Shown here: piece by piece, positions 19,289 to 28,140 of the stretch
Position numbering within the stretch: position 1 is the stretch's first letter
Layout of the letters: each line of letters opens with the position of its first letter
Assembly (NCBI GenBank): GCA_964646255.1
Contig: CAZYDI010000007.1
Location: forward strand, 3,330 to 67,329
Direction: 5' to 3'
Origin: an uncultured Bacteroidales bacterium
GTDB taxonomy: Bacteria > Bacteroidota > Bacteroidia > Bacteroidales > UBA10428
Length of the DNA: 64,000 nt
Translations under genes and position numbers: made by a program
The notes under the pieces: model-generated
The model's input: only the letters and a program-made list of their open reading frames with translations
The model's database searches: none
What the model was told of the DNA's origin: nothing

Positions 19289-20071
19289 ATGGCTACATCA
19301 AAAAAAATCACCCGGGTACAAGGTGGTGAAAGTACTGCAGCTAAAAGTGAACAGGTAACTTTTACACCAACCCCCGAAAGCAAGGGCAAAGCTAAAACAT
19401 TCCGAACCATAGCCATTGTGGGCTGGGTATTGGCAATTGCCTGCGAAGCATACGCAATTTACCTGCTGCAAATACCACCGGTAAATACCACCATCCTTAT
19501 CGTTTTAATAGTAGTGGCATTAATTCTGGCAGTTGCCGGTTCATTGCTCTGGAAGAAAGCGAACAGGTTTGATCCCGCTTCTGAAAAAGACAAGTTCAGA
19601 TTCTTTGTTCAGAATCAACTGGGTGCAATAATGGCTGTAATAGCTTTCTTACCCCTTGTAATATTGATTTTCACCAACAAAAACCTCACCGGCAAACAAA
19701 AAGGCCTTGTTGGTACCATTGCTGCTGCAGCTCTCGTAATAGCCGGAATTACCGGTATCGATTACAATCCGCCGTCGCAGGAACAGTATCTTGAACAAAC
19801 AAAAACAGTGGAATCACTAAACAATGGTTTTAACCATGTATACTGGACGAAATCTGGCAAAAGCTACCACATTTTTTCAGATTGTTCCTATATCAATACC
19901 GATCGTACGGATGAAATATTTGAAGGCACAGTTGCCCAGGCAAGGGAACTAAAGAATATCACTGATTTATGTGATCGTTGCCAGAGAAGGGCTGAAAAGG
20001 AGAGGGGACTGGATGCCACACAGGAAGCCGTTGAACAAGCCGAAAGTGTTATTGAAGAAATAGCTGAATAA
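19289..20071 (+). CDS. Hypothetical membrane protein (about 4 TM) with a C-terminal His/Cys knuckle
   Basis: Lys-rich N-terminus. Hydrophobic segments IAIVGWVLAIACEAYAIYLL, ILIVLIVVALILAVAGSLLW, LGAIMAVIAFLPLVILIF, LVGTIAAAALVIAGITGI. C-terminal SYHIFSDCSYI...LCDRCQRR. GGAGG lies 7 nt upstream of the ATG. Confidence 0.6.
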   Translation: MATSKKITRVQGGESTAAKSEQVTFTPTPESKGKAKTFRTIAIVGWVLAIACEAYAIYLLQIPPVNTTILIVLIVVALILAVAGSLLWKKANRFDPASEKDKFRFFVQNQLGAIMAVIAFLPLVILIFTNKNLTGKQKGLVGTIAAAALVIAGITGIDYNPPSQEQYLEQTKTVESLNNGFNHVYWTKSGKSYHIFSDCSYINTDRTDEIFEGTVAQARELKNITDLCDRCQRRAEKERGLDATQEAVEQAESVIEEIAE

Positions 20072-20091
20072 GTTTACATTTACCCGTATAG

Positions 20092-20132
20092 AAACTGTCA
20101 GAGCCAAGCGTATCTGACAGTTTTTGTTTTTT
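20092..20132 (+). terminator. Rho-independent terminator after the membrane-protein gene
   Basis: AAACTGTCAGA (20092-20102) pairs with TCTGACAGTTT (20113-20123), followed by TTTTTGTTTTTT. Confidence 0.75.
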
Positions 20133-20186
20133 AAGCAACCATTTCTATCCCGGTTTCATCTTAAATAAAACCAAATTTGTAAACCT

Positions 20187-21416
20187 ATGAAAATCGTTGT
20201 TTTAATCTCTATGTGTGCAATGATGTTGGTGTCATGCGAAAAGAACAGTGAGCCACTTCCGGATACACCTGCCGATCTTGGATTGAACCAGAAAACAGCT
20301 GAAATGATACAAACGGACAATGCGTTTGGCATTGACCTGTTTAAAGAAATCCTTGCTGTTGATGACGCCCGAAAAAATGTGTTTATATCGCCTACAAGCA
20401 TTGCCCTTGCCCTTGCCATGACGTATAACGGAGCGGAGGGAACCACCAAAACCGAAATGGAAAGTGTCCTGCGAAAAGCAGGATTTACCAGGGAGGAAAT
20501 CAATGCAGGTTACCAAAGTCTGATAAAGGCGTTGCTTTCGGCTGACCGAAGGGTCATCATGGAAATCGCGAATTCCATCTGGATAAAGCAGGGTTTTGAC
20601 GTACTGCCTGAATTTGTAAACACCAACCAGGAATACTACCAGGCAGAGGTGAACACCATTTTATTCAACCTTCAGGGCAAGGACATCATTAATCAGTGGG
20701 TAAATACCCAAACCCACGGTAAGATTGCCGAGATCGTAGATGCAATTCCAGCCGATGCTATTATGTATCTCATCAATGCCATTTACTTTAAGGGTGCATG
20801 GAAATATGAATTTGATCCGTCCAATACCACGCCGATGCCGTTTTTTCTGGCCGATGATGAGGAGGTAACGGCTGATATGATGATGCAGGCTGGAACCTTT
20901 AACTATCGCGGTGAAGAGAAGTTTTCGATGATTGAATTGCCCTACGGCAGAGGCAATTTTAGTATGGTTGTACTGTTACCATCTGCCGGCTTTTCGGTAA
21001 ATGATATCGTGCCATTGCTTACCGATGAAAATTGGACCAGCTGGATGTCGGGATTTCATACGGCCAATTTGGATCTCTATATGCCAAAATTCAAGTTTGA
21101 ATACGAAATACAACTTAACAGCATGCTTTCCAATATGGGAATGCCAGGTGCATTTACTGAAAGCGCTGATTTCTCCGGTATCAATGGTTTTGGAGGTATT
21201 TGTATATCAAGGGTTAAACATAAAACATTTGTGGAAGTCAATGAAGAAGGCACCGAAGCTGCCGCTGTTACTTCGGTTGAAATGGTTCTTACAAGTATGC
21301 CAACTGTACCTGCAATATTCAAGGTAGATAAACCCTTCATTTTTGCCATCAGGGAAACAACCACCGGGGCAATTCTCTTTATCGGAAAAGTGATGGATCC
21401 TTTGGCTGAAGAATAG
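20187..21416 (+). CDS. Serpin (serine protease inhibitor) lipoprotein
   Basis: Lipoprotein signal MKIVVLISMCAMMLVSCEKN. Serpin hinge EEGTEAAAVT. Canonical C-terminal FKVDKPFIFAIRETTTGAILFIGKVMDP. About 390 aa mature. Confidence 0.9.
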   Translation: MKIVVLISMCAMMLVSCEKNSEPLPDTPADLGLNQKTAEMIQTDNAFGIDLFKEILAVDDARKNVFISPTSIALALAMTYNGAEGTTKTEMESVLRKAGFTREEINAGYQSLIKALLSADRRVIMEIANSIWIKQGFDVLPEFVNTNQEYYQAEVNTILFNLQGKDIINQWVNTQTHGKIAEIVDAIPADAIMYLINAIYFKGAWKYEFDPSNTTPMPFFLADDEEVTADMMMQAGTFNYRGEEKFSMIELPYGRGNFSMVVLLPSAGFSVNDIVPLLTDENWTSWMSGFHTANLDLYMPKFKFEYEIQLNSMLSNMGMPGAFTESADFSGINGFGGICISRVKHKTFVEVNEEGTEAAAVTSVEMVLTSMPTVPAIFKVDKPFIFAIRETTTGAILFIGKVMDPLAEE

Positions 21417-21481
21417 GTAGTAATTATGCCTGTTGTTGTATGATGTAAATCACCCGGGCTGAACAAATTAAGAATGTAAAA

Positions 21482-21550
21482 TGGTCGATTTTTAGGAAGG
21501 CATTTAGATGTGCCGTTTTCAGTGTAATTTATTTTCCTAAAAATCGACCA
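21482..21550. repeat. 17-bp perfect inverted repeat TGGTCGATTTTTAGGAA / TTCCTAAAAATCGACCA with a 35-nt spacer
   Basis: Read directly (21482-21498 and 21534-21550). Two further G-U pairs could extend the stem. The right arm ends 4 nt before the ATG at 21555. Confidence 0.8.
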
Positions 21551-21554
21551 GACA

Positions 21555-22043
21555 ATGAAATCTTACTTCGTTCTTATTTACACCTTATTGCTTTTTATTG
21601 GTTTCTCCTGCGATCAAAAGGAGCAGATTCATGCTGATCCTGAAATTTTTACCCTTACTTCAGCCAACGGCAATGGATTTTCGTTTAACCATCAGGCAAT
21701 ATCGATGGAGGATCCTGATTTCTTATTGATACCACAAAAGGTAATCACCGGTGATGCTATGTCCCCCTTTTTGTCAGATCCGGATTTACAGAAGCGTTTC
21801 TACTTATTGAGCGAATTTAATGATCCGGAGTCAGCACAGTTGTGTTTTAGCTCGTCCTATTTACGGCTTCCTGAGTATCATGATTTTCAACAGTTTGCAC
21901 GGGATCTGAAACCCAACCAGGTGTGGATCGTTCTTACCAAAACAGGCAGTTATGGAAAAATCCTTATACTCGATGCCTGGGGGAACCGATCAAAGAATGC
22001 ACCTTATGCTGTATTAAAATTCCAGGCGGAAACCATTGGATAA
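21555..22043 (+). CDS. Hypothetical small lipoprotein
   Basis: Lipobox-like MKSYFVLIYTLLLFIGFSCDQ. 162 aa. No motif I recognise. Confidence 0.55.
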   Translation: MKSYFVLIYTLLLFIGFSCDQKEQIHADPEIFTLTSANGNGFSFNHQAISMEDPDFLLIPQKVITGDAMSPFLSDPDLQKRFYLLSEFNDPESAQLCFSSSYLRLPEYHDFQQFARDLKPNQVWIVLTKTGSYGKILILDAWGNRSKNAPYAVLKFQAETIG

Positions 22044-22051
22044 CAGTGGGT

Positions 22052-22070
22052 ACCGGATTTTTTTTCCGGT
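22052..22070 (+). terminator. Weak hairpin ACCGGA-T7-TCCGGT after the lipoprotein gene
   Basis: 6-bp stem with a U-rich loop, followed by TGATTTG. Only a marginal intrinsic terminator. Confidence 0.3.
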
Positions 22071-22127
22071 TGATTTGAAAAAAACGGGTTTTCATTTGTT
22101 TAATACAGAACAGAAAAATTCAGACTT

Positions 22128-22976
22128 ATGAAAACTTTATCAGATAAAGTGGTGCTGTTAACAGGTGCCACTGATGGACTGGGAAAGTTGTTAGCGCAAC
22201 GGATAGCAGTGAAAAATGCCAGGTTGGTCCTGCATGGGAGGGATTTCGAAAAGGGTAAACGCCTGGTTAATGATCTCGTAAGCAGAACAGGAAACGAGCG
22301 TATAAACTATTACAACGCCGACTATGCATCGTTGAAGGAAGTAATGGATATGAGTGAAAAAATCCTGACCGACCACGACAGGATTGACCTGCTCATCAAT
22401 AACGTTGGTGTTGGTGGCGGACCCGATGATACAGAGCGAATCGAAAGCCTTGATGGATTTGAGCTGAGGTTCGCCGTAAATTATCTTGCCCACGTTATTC
22501 TTACCGAGAACCTGTTGCCATTAATGGTACCCAATGAATCAGAAATTATCAATGTAGCCTCTGCCGGCCAGGATCCGATCAATTTCAATGACATCATGCT
22601 CAGAAAAAAATTCCATGGCTTCCATGCCTACAAGCAGAGCAAAACAGCATTTATCATGTATACCTACGATTTGGCAGAGCGTCTGAAGGATCGTGACATT
22701 AAAGTAAACGCAATTCATCCGGCTTCCATGATGAATACAAAAATGGTGCTTGATGCCGTTGGTTATTCTTTAACCACGGTAGGGCAGGGTGCAGATGCAG
22801 TGCAAAACCTGTTCTTCACCGACGTTTCGGGATATTATTTTAACGGAAAAGATAAAGCCGAAGCCATCGCACAAACAAAAAATCCCATTGCACGGGCAAA
22901 GCTCAGGGATTATACAAACAGCATCATTCATCAGTACCTTTTGCATCCGGTAAGGATAGATGAACCCCAAAAATAG
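22128..22976 (+). CDS. Short-chain dehydrogenase/reductase (SDR) family oxidoreductase
   Basis: Cofactor motif TGATDGLG (TGxxxGxG), NNVG, catalytic YKQSK (YxxxK). 282 aa. Confidence 0.85.
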   Translation: MKTLSDKVVLLTGATDGLGKLLAQRIAVKNARLVLHGRDFEKGKRLVNDLVSRTGNERINYYNADYASLKEVMDMSEKILTDHDRIDLLINNVGVGGGPDDTERIESLDGFELRFAVNYLAHVILTENLLPLMVPNESEIINVASAGQDPINFNDIMLRKKFHGFHAYKQSKTAFIMYTYDLAERLKDRDIKVNAIHPASMMNTKMVLDAVGYSLTTVGQGADAVQNLFFTDVSGYYFNGKDKAEAIAQTKNPIARAKLRDYTNSIIHQYLLHPVRIDEPQK

Positions 22977-23097
22977 CAGGAAGATGGCTGACTCACGAGT
23001 GACATGCAGGGGTCATGCCGGACGGTTTCGTTGGCCGTCACCCTGAGCGGAGTAGGAGCGGAAGCTGTGTGTCAGCAGTCAGGTATGTAGCCGGCAG

Positions 23098-23144
23098 AAA
23101 AAAACCAGGACACAGGAACCGCAAGTGGTTCTCATGTCCTGGTT
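23098..23144 (-). terminator. Intrinsic terminator of the MFS transporter gene (minus strand)
   Basis: Arms 23103-23120 and 23127-23144 form 10 + 5 bp around a 3-nt internal mismatch. On the minus strand a T7 run follows (the A-run at 23098-23104 on plus). Confidence 0.65.
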
Positions 23145-23165
23145 CATGATTCTTGTAACCAGGTT

Positions 23166-24371
23166 CTATCTGATCTTCGATCCTTTTACGGCAAAGAAAG
23201 TAATGTACGCATAGTAAAGGAAAAGACAGCATATAGCCATAATCAGCCCGGTACTCCTTTGTATTCCACCCATGATAATGGGAAGTATAGCAGCTCCAAT
23301 TACAGAAGTGGCAATAACACCCGAACCAACTTTTGAATGTGGTCCCAGATCCTCAAGGGCAAGGTTGTAAATGCATGGCCACATGATGGAGTGGAACAGT
23401 CCGGTTCCGATGAACAGCACCAGGGCGATCCACTTTGTATCTCCTCCGCCAATGACCAATGATGCAAGTAACATTACTGCACCCAACACTGCACAAACAC
23501 TTAGGATCTGACTTGCCGTATATTTTCTTAAAATAAATATGCCAAGAATCCTGCCTACCATGAGTCCGCCCCAGTAGTAACCCAACAATTGAATTCTTTT
23601 TTGTCCGTCGAATTCAAATCCCAGGCTTGATGAGTAATCGGCAAAAAAGCTGGGTATACCGATTTCCACACCCATATAAAAGAAGATAGCCAATGATCCT
23701 AACCACAGGTGAGTATATTTATAGGCACTCGATTTAACCTTTTTTGTGCTGCTTCCTGCTGCATCATCCACTTTAATCTCCGGTAATTTCAGGAAAAACA
23801 TTACTACAACAATAATCAATGCTATTACTCCTATACCTGCAAACGGACCTTGTACTGCTTTGGGATCTGAAGCTCCGGCTGTGTTAGCTGAAACAATAAG
23901 CGAAGATACAAATAGCGGAGCCAGAACAGTTGCTACCGAATTTAGCGCATTGGTGAGCGTAAGCCGGCTGGCAGCAGTTTCAGGGGTACCCAGGGCATTA
24001 ACATAGGGGTTGGCAGCTACCTGCAGCAAAACTACGCCAATGGCAAAAACCGATACGGCGCTTAAAAAGCCATAGTAACCAAGGGCAACACCAGGTATGC
24101 AAAGGAAAAAACCACCGGTTATAAGTGCCAGTCCTGCCAAAACACCATTTTTATACCCTAACCGGTTTAGCAGATAGCCTACCGGAATTGAAAGGATATA
24201 GGCTCCATAGAAAAATGTATTGGGCAGTTGTTTTTCAACTTCGTTAAGGTTGAACGCATTCTTTAAATAATCAATCAATGAATTGTTCATGGTGGTGATG
24301 AAGCCCAGCAGAAAGAATAAAGACGCCATCACAATCAGCGGAAAAAGATAACTGTTGTTTTTTGTAGACAT
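23166..24371 (-). CDS. MFS sugar:H+ symporter (FucP/GluP glucose-galactose transporter type)
   Basis: 401 aa, about 12 TM. N-terminal LFFLLGFITTMNNSLIDYLK resembles the FucP/GluP signature. Lies downstream of galK-galM. Confidence 0.8.
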   Translation of the reverse strand: MSTKNNSYLFPLIVMASLFFLLGFITTMNNSLIDYLKNAFNLNEVEKQLPNTFFYGAYILSIPVGYLLNRLGYKNGVLAGLALITGGFFLCIPGVALGYYGFLSAVSVFAIGVVLLQVAANPYVNALGTPETAASRLTLTNALNSVATVLAPLFVSSLIVSANTAGASDPKAVQGPFAGIGVIALIIVVVMFFLKLPEIKVDDAAGSSTKKVKSSAYKYTHLWLGSLAIFFYMGVEIGIPSFFADYSSSLGFEFDGQKRIQLLGYYWGGLMVGRILGIFILRKYTASQILSVCAVLGAVMLLASLVIGGGDTKWIALVLFIGTGLFHSIMWPCIYNLALEDLGPHSKVGSGVIATSVIGAAILPIIMGGIQRSTGLIMAICCLFLYYAYITFFAVKGSKIR

Positions 24372-24424
24372 CGCAGTAATTTTAGATTTTTGGATGATGA
24401 ATATAATAAAAAAGTGAGTGCTTA

Positions 24425-25486
24425 CTACTTTTTCACATAAAAACGGTGAACACAGCTATGCTTGTAGGTTTCCCCGGGGTTTAACACTACCGTGGGGAAA
24501 TGGGGTTTATTTATGGCATCGGCAAAATGCTGCGTTTCGAGGCAGAAAGCACAACGGCGCTGGTATTTTTTTCCTCCCTTTCCTTTTTCATTGTCCATCC
24601 AATTGGACGAATAAAGTTGCACACCGGGTTGCGTGGTATGAATTTCCATCACCCTCCCTGATTTTGGATCGTGGGCAATGGCAGCCAGACCCAATTCATT
24701 GGCCGGATGGTCCAATACCCAGTTGTGATCGTATCCGTTGCCGAATTTAAGTTGTTCGAAATTATCATTAATGTTACGGCCTATGGGATGTGAAGTGGTA
24801 AAATCCATAGGTGTTCCTTTTACACTGAGAATTTCACCCGTAGGTACATTACCGTCATCGGTAGGAGTGAAGAATTTTGCGTTGATCATCAGTTCCTGGT
24901 ACATGGCATCGCCTGATCCTTCACCTGCAAGGTTGAAATAGGAATGGCTTGCCAGGTTGAATATGGTCGTTTGATTGGTTGAAGCCAGGTAATCGAGTAC
25001 AAGTTCATCCTTGTCGGTTACCGTATAGGTAACGGTAATGGTAACCTTACCGGGATACCCTTCTTCGCCATCTTCGGAAACGTATTCCAGTTGCACGCTT
25101 CTTTCGTCGGAACGAATAACATCCCAGACTACTTTGTTATATCCGTTAATGCCTCCGTGCAAATGGTTTGGTCCGTTGTTTACCGCCAGTGAATAATCTT
25201 TTCCCCTGAGTGAAAATTTCCCTTTGCCGATGCGATTGGCAACCCTTCCGCAAATGGCACCCTGATATGGGCCGTTTCCTTGTATGTACTCATTGATGGT
25301 ATCGTATCCCTGAACGATATCAGCCATATTCCCGTTCCTGTCGGGAACATAGATGCTGACAATAATGGCGCCATAATTGGTTATCTGGGCAACCATTCCG
25401 TTCTTGTTTTTAAGTGTATATAAACCGGTTTGTTTACCCTTGTGCGTGGTTTTAAAGTTGGCTTCGCTGATCATGGAATTATGCAT
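24425..25486 (-). CDS. galM: Aldose 1-epimerase (galactose mutarotase)
   Basis: NGPNHLHGG, LASHSYFNLAG, C-terminal CLETQHFADA. 353 aa. Starts 7 nt after the galK stop. Confidence 0.9.
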   Translation of the reverse strand: MHNSMISEANFKTTHKGKQTGLYTLKNKNGMVAQITNYGAIIVSIYVPDRNGNMADIVQGYDTINEYIQGNGPYQGAICGRVANRIGKGKFSLRGKDYSLAVNNGPNHLHGGINGYNKVVWDVIRSDERSVQLEYVSEDGEEGYPGKVTITVTYTVTDKDELVLDYLASTNQTTIFNLASHSYFNLAGEGSGDAMYQELMINAKFFTPTDDGNVPTGEILSVKGTPMDFTTSHPIGRNINDNFEQLKFGNGYDHNWVLDHPANELGLAAIAHDPKSGRVMEIHTTQPGVQLYSSNWMDNEKGKGGKKYQRRCAFCLETQHFADAINKPHFPTVVLNPGETYKHSCVHRFYVKK

Positions 25487-25493
25487 TTTAGAA

Positions 25494-26774
25494 TTAAAAT
25501 TTTACAATATCTGTACCCTGATGCCTGATAAACAGTTTATGACAGGATCCCTTACCGTATATGTGTTCGAGGGTATTTACGTATTTGTCCAGAAGATCAT
25601 TGGGGACAAAAGCCTGTATGGTACCGGCAAAACCACCGCCATGTACACGCCAGGCTCCTTTACCTTTAAGCACCATTTCACTCAATGCAAGCGCCAGTGA
25701 GACGCCCTGTTCCCTTACATTATTTACAGGGTAAATATTCTGGTTGTACATATAGGAACTGTAACCTGAATCCACCACCATGCCAAGGAAAGCTTTAAAA
25801 TCATTTCTTTCAAGGGCAGCGACCTGGTCAACTACCCGCTGGTTGTCATTCTGAAAATGAAAAGCCCTTAAAATGGCACGATCGCCAACTTTCTCCCGTA
25901 TTTTGGGAGCAATGTCAATAACCTGTTCGAGGGTCACCTCGCGTAATACTTTTGCCCCGAGTTGTCCTGCAACTGCCTTCATATCGGTGGGCAGCGAGGC
26001 ATACTCATCATTTAAATCGGCGTGGTTTCCGCCTGTATCGGTTATAACGAGGGCATACCCTGTTGCAATAAAATCAAAGTTTACCTTTTTAACGACCGGT
26101 TTTGATGGATCCTTGAAATCAATGGTTATAAGTCCTCCCATTGAACATGCAGTCTGGTCCATAAGGCCGCACGGTTTGCCAAAATAGTTATTTTCAGCGT
26201 ACTGGCCGATAATGGCATTTTGAATAGGATCGAGTTTTCCGTTGTTAAACAGGTGACTGATAATGGCACCAATGAGTACTTCGAAGGATGCGGAAGAGCT
26301 TAATCCTGAACCCTTGGGAACACCCCCATCAATACAGGCATCAAATCCTCCGATGGTAAATCCCAGTTCTTTCATCCGGGCGCTTATGCCCCTTACCAGT
26401 GATGCAGAAGTGAATTGTTCATTTTTGTCAGGGCTAAGTGAGGAAAGGTCAACTTCGAATTTCGGGTAGCCAACCGATTCAATTCTCACCCTATTGGAAT
26501 TGTTTTTTGCCGCTACGGCAACATTATCGAGATTGACGGCTCCTGCCAAAACCCTTCCGTAATTATGATCGGTATGGTTTCCTCCTATTTCGGTACGTCC
26601 TGGTGAGCTGAATATTTCTGCTTCATTATTGCCGAAGGTGTCTTTGAATTTTTTAACAATGGACCTGTATCGTTGTGATTGCCGTGTAAGTTCGGCCTGA
26701 TCGGATCCGTATAACGCCTGTAAGGAAGCGTGATTATCTTTTTCTAAAGTTGCTGATAGTGTGTCGGTATTCAT
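25494..26774 (-). CDS. galK: Galactokinase (GHMP kinase)
   Basis: Galactokinase signature GRTEIGGNHTDHNYGRVLAGAV. GHMP motif PKGSGLSSSASFEVLIG. Confidence 0.9.
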   Translation of the reverse strand: MNTDTLSATLEKDNHASLQALYGSDQAELTRQSQRYRSIVKKFKDTFGNNEAEIFSSPGRTEIGGNHTDHNYGRVLAGAVNLDNVAVAAKNNSNRVRIESVGYPKFEVDLSSLSPDKNEQFTSASLVRGISARMKELGFTIGGFDACIDGGVPKGSGLSSSASFEVLIGAIISHLFNNGKLDPIQNAIIGQYAENNYFGKPCGLMDQTACSMGGLITIDFKDPSKPVVKKVNFDFIATGYALVITDTGGNHADLNDEYASLPTDMKAVAGQLGAKVLREVTLEQVIDIAPKIREKVGDRAILRAFHFQNDNQRVVDQVAALERNDFKAFLGMVVDSGYSSYMYNQNIYPVNNVREQGVSLALALSEMVLKGKGAWRVHGGGFAGTIQAFVPNDLLDKYVNTLEHIYGKGSCHKLFIRHQGTDIVKF

Positions 26775-26995
26775 TATAAAACGGTTTGTTTAGTTGTGTA
26801 CTATCGTAAAAATAGCATTATTTATTGTTATCAGACAATTTGCAGGCAAACTAATTTAGGTATAAATAGGATCAGGCATGATCCTGCGGCTCCGCATGTA
26901 TAACAGGCTAATGCCTGCCGGATCGGAAGAAAAGCCTTGTGTATGATGCGCAGCCGGAAGAGAATTCAATTGAACTCCTGCGGAAGAAAATTATT

Positions 26996-28036
26996 TTACA
27001 GCAGGAAAATATTGTTTGCCCTGCATTCATCGATCAATTCACCAGGCCAGATGCTTGCCTGAACCTCGCCAATATGGGCTTTGCGCAAATAATACATGCA
27101 TATGCGCGATTGTCCTATTCCACCGCCAATTGACAGAGGCAAATCTCCATTGATCAATCGTTTGTGAAACTGCATTTCAGCCCTTTCAGGAACCCCGCAT
27201 AATTCAAGCTGTTTTAACAGTGAATCCCTGTCAACCCTTATGCCCATGGAGGATATTTCGAAAGGTATTTCCAAAACAGGGTTCCATAAAATGATATCTC
27301 CGTTTAATCCTTTAAAACCATTAACGGTTTCGCTTGTCCAGTCATCATAGTCAGGTGCACGGCCATCATGTTGCTCGCCATTGGCCAGCATTCCACCTAT
27401 CCCTATGATAAACACGGCTCCATGCTTTTTTGCTGCCTCGTATTCTCTTTCCCGTGGTTTAAGGTGAGGGTACTGATTCAGCAGTTCCTCGGCATGGATA
27501 AATGTTATGTCATGCGGTAGTACGGGTTTTATTGTGTTGAAATTTTCATATACCACATATTCCGTGCGTTTAACCACTTCAAATATTTTACGGACAATAT
27601 ATTTCAGGAAATCCAGGCTTCTTTCCTTCTGTGCGATTACCCTTTCCCAATCCCATTGGTCAACATACAGCGAATGAATATTGTCAAATTCCTCATCGGG
27701 CCTTATGGCATTCATGTCGGTGTACAGGCCGTTACCATGAGGAATACAATAATCGGCAAGGGCCATGCGCTTCCATTTGGCCAACGAATTGACCACTTCT
27801 GCGTAGGCATCGTCCATATCCCTGATTGGAAAACTCACTTTTCTTTCCGTGCCATTGAGGTCGTCGTTTATTCCTGTTCCCCTTAGTACAAATAAGGGTG
27901 CAGTTACCCTGCGCAAGTTGAGTTCAGCGGAAAGCTGCTGCTGAAAAGTGTCTTTTACCAGTTTTATGGCTTTTTCGGTTTGGTTGAGATCGAGAAAACT
28001 CTTGTAACCAGAAGGAACGATAAGCGGTTTACCCAT
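26996..28036 (-). CDS. asnA: Aspartate--ammonia ligase (asparagine synthetase A)
   Basis: 346 aa. N-terminal YKSFLDLNQTEKAIKLVKDTFQQQLSAELNLRRVTAPLFV and FEISSMGIRVD are typical of AsnA (class II aaRS-like). Confidence 0.9.
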   Translation of the reverse strand: MGKPLIVPSGYKSFLDLNQTEKAIKLVKDTFQQQLSAELNLRRVTAPLFVLRGTGINDDLNGTERKVSFPIRDMDDAYAEVVNSLAKWKRMALADYCIPHGNGLYTDMNAIRPDEEFDNIHSLYVDQWDWERVIAQKERSLDFLKYIVRKIFEVVKRTEYVVYENFNTIKPVLPHDITFIHAEELLNQYPHLKPREREYEAAKKHGAVFIIGIGGMLANGEQHDGRAPDYDDWTSETVNGFKGLNGDIILWNPVLEIPFEISSMGIRVDRDSLLKQLELCGVPERAEMQFHKRLINGDLPLSIGGGIGQSRICMYYLRKAHIGEVQASIWPGELIDECRANNIFLL

Positions 28037-28063
28037 GAGATGTATAATTGTAATTAAAGTTGT

Positions 28064-28102
28064 AAAAATATAATAATCCCCGGCATATCTTGTACCGGGG
28101 AT
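28064..28102 (-). terminator. Intrinsic terminator of asnB (minus strand)
   Basis: ATCCCCGG (28076-28083) pairs with CCGGGGAT (28095-28102). On the minus strand it is followed by TATTATATTTTT. Confidence 0.7.
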
Positions 28103-28140
28103 AAAAATTACCTGTTAATCTGATTGGTTTGCATATTAAA

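Noticed and set aside
11197-20132. Shared AACTGTCAG...CAGTT core in the araA terminator and the terminator at 20092-20132, considered as copies of a dispersed repeat.
   Set aside because: The similarity is limited to about 9 nt of stem sequence and the loops and flanks are unrelated. It is more likely coincidence than a repeat family.
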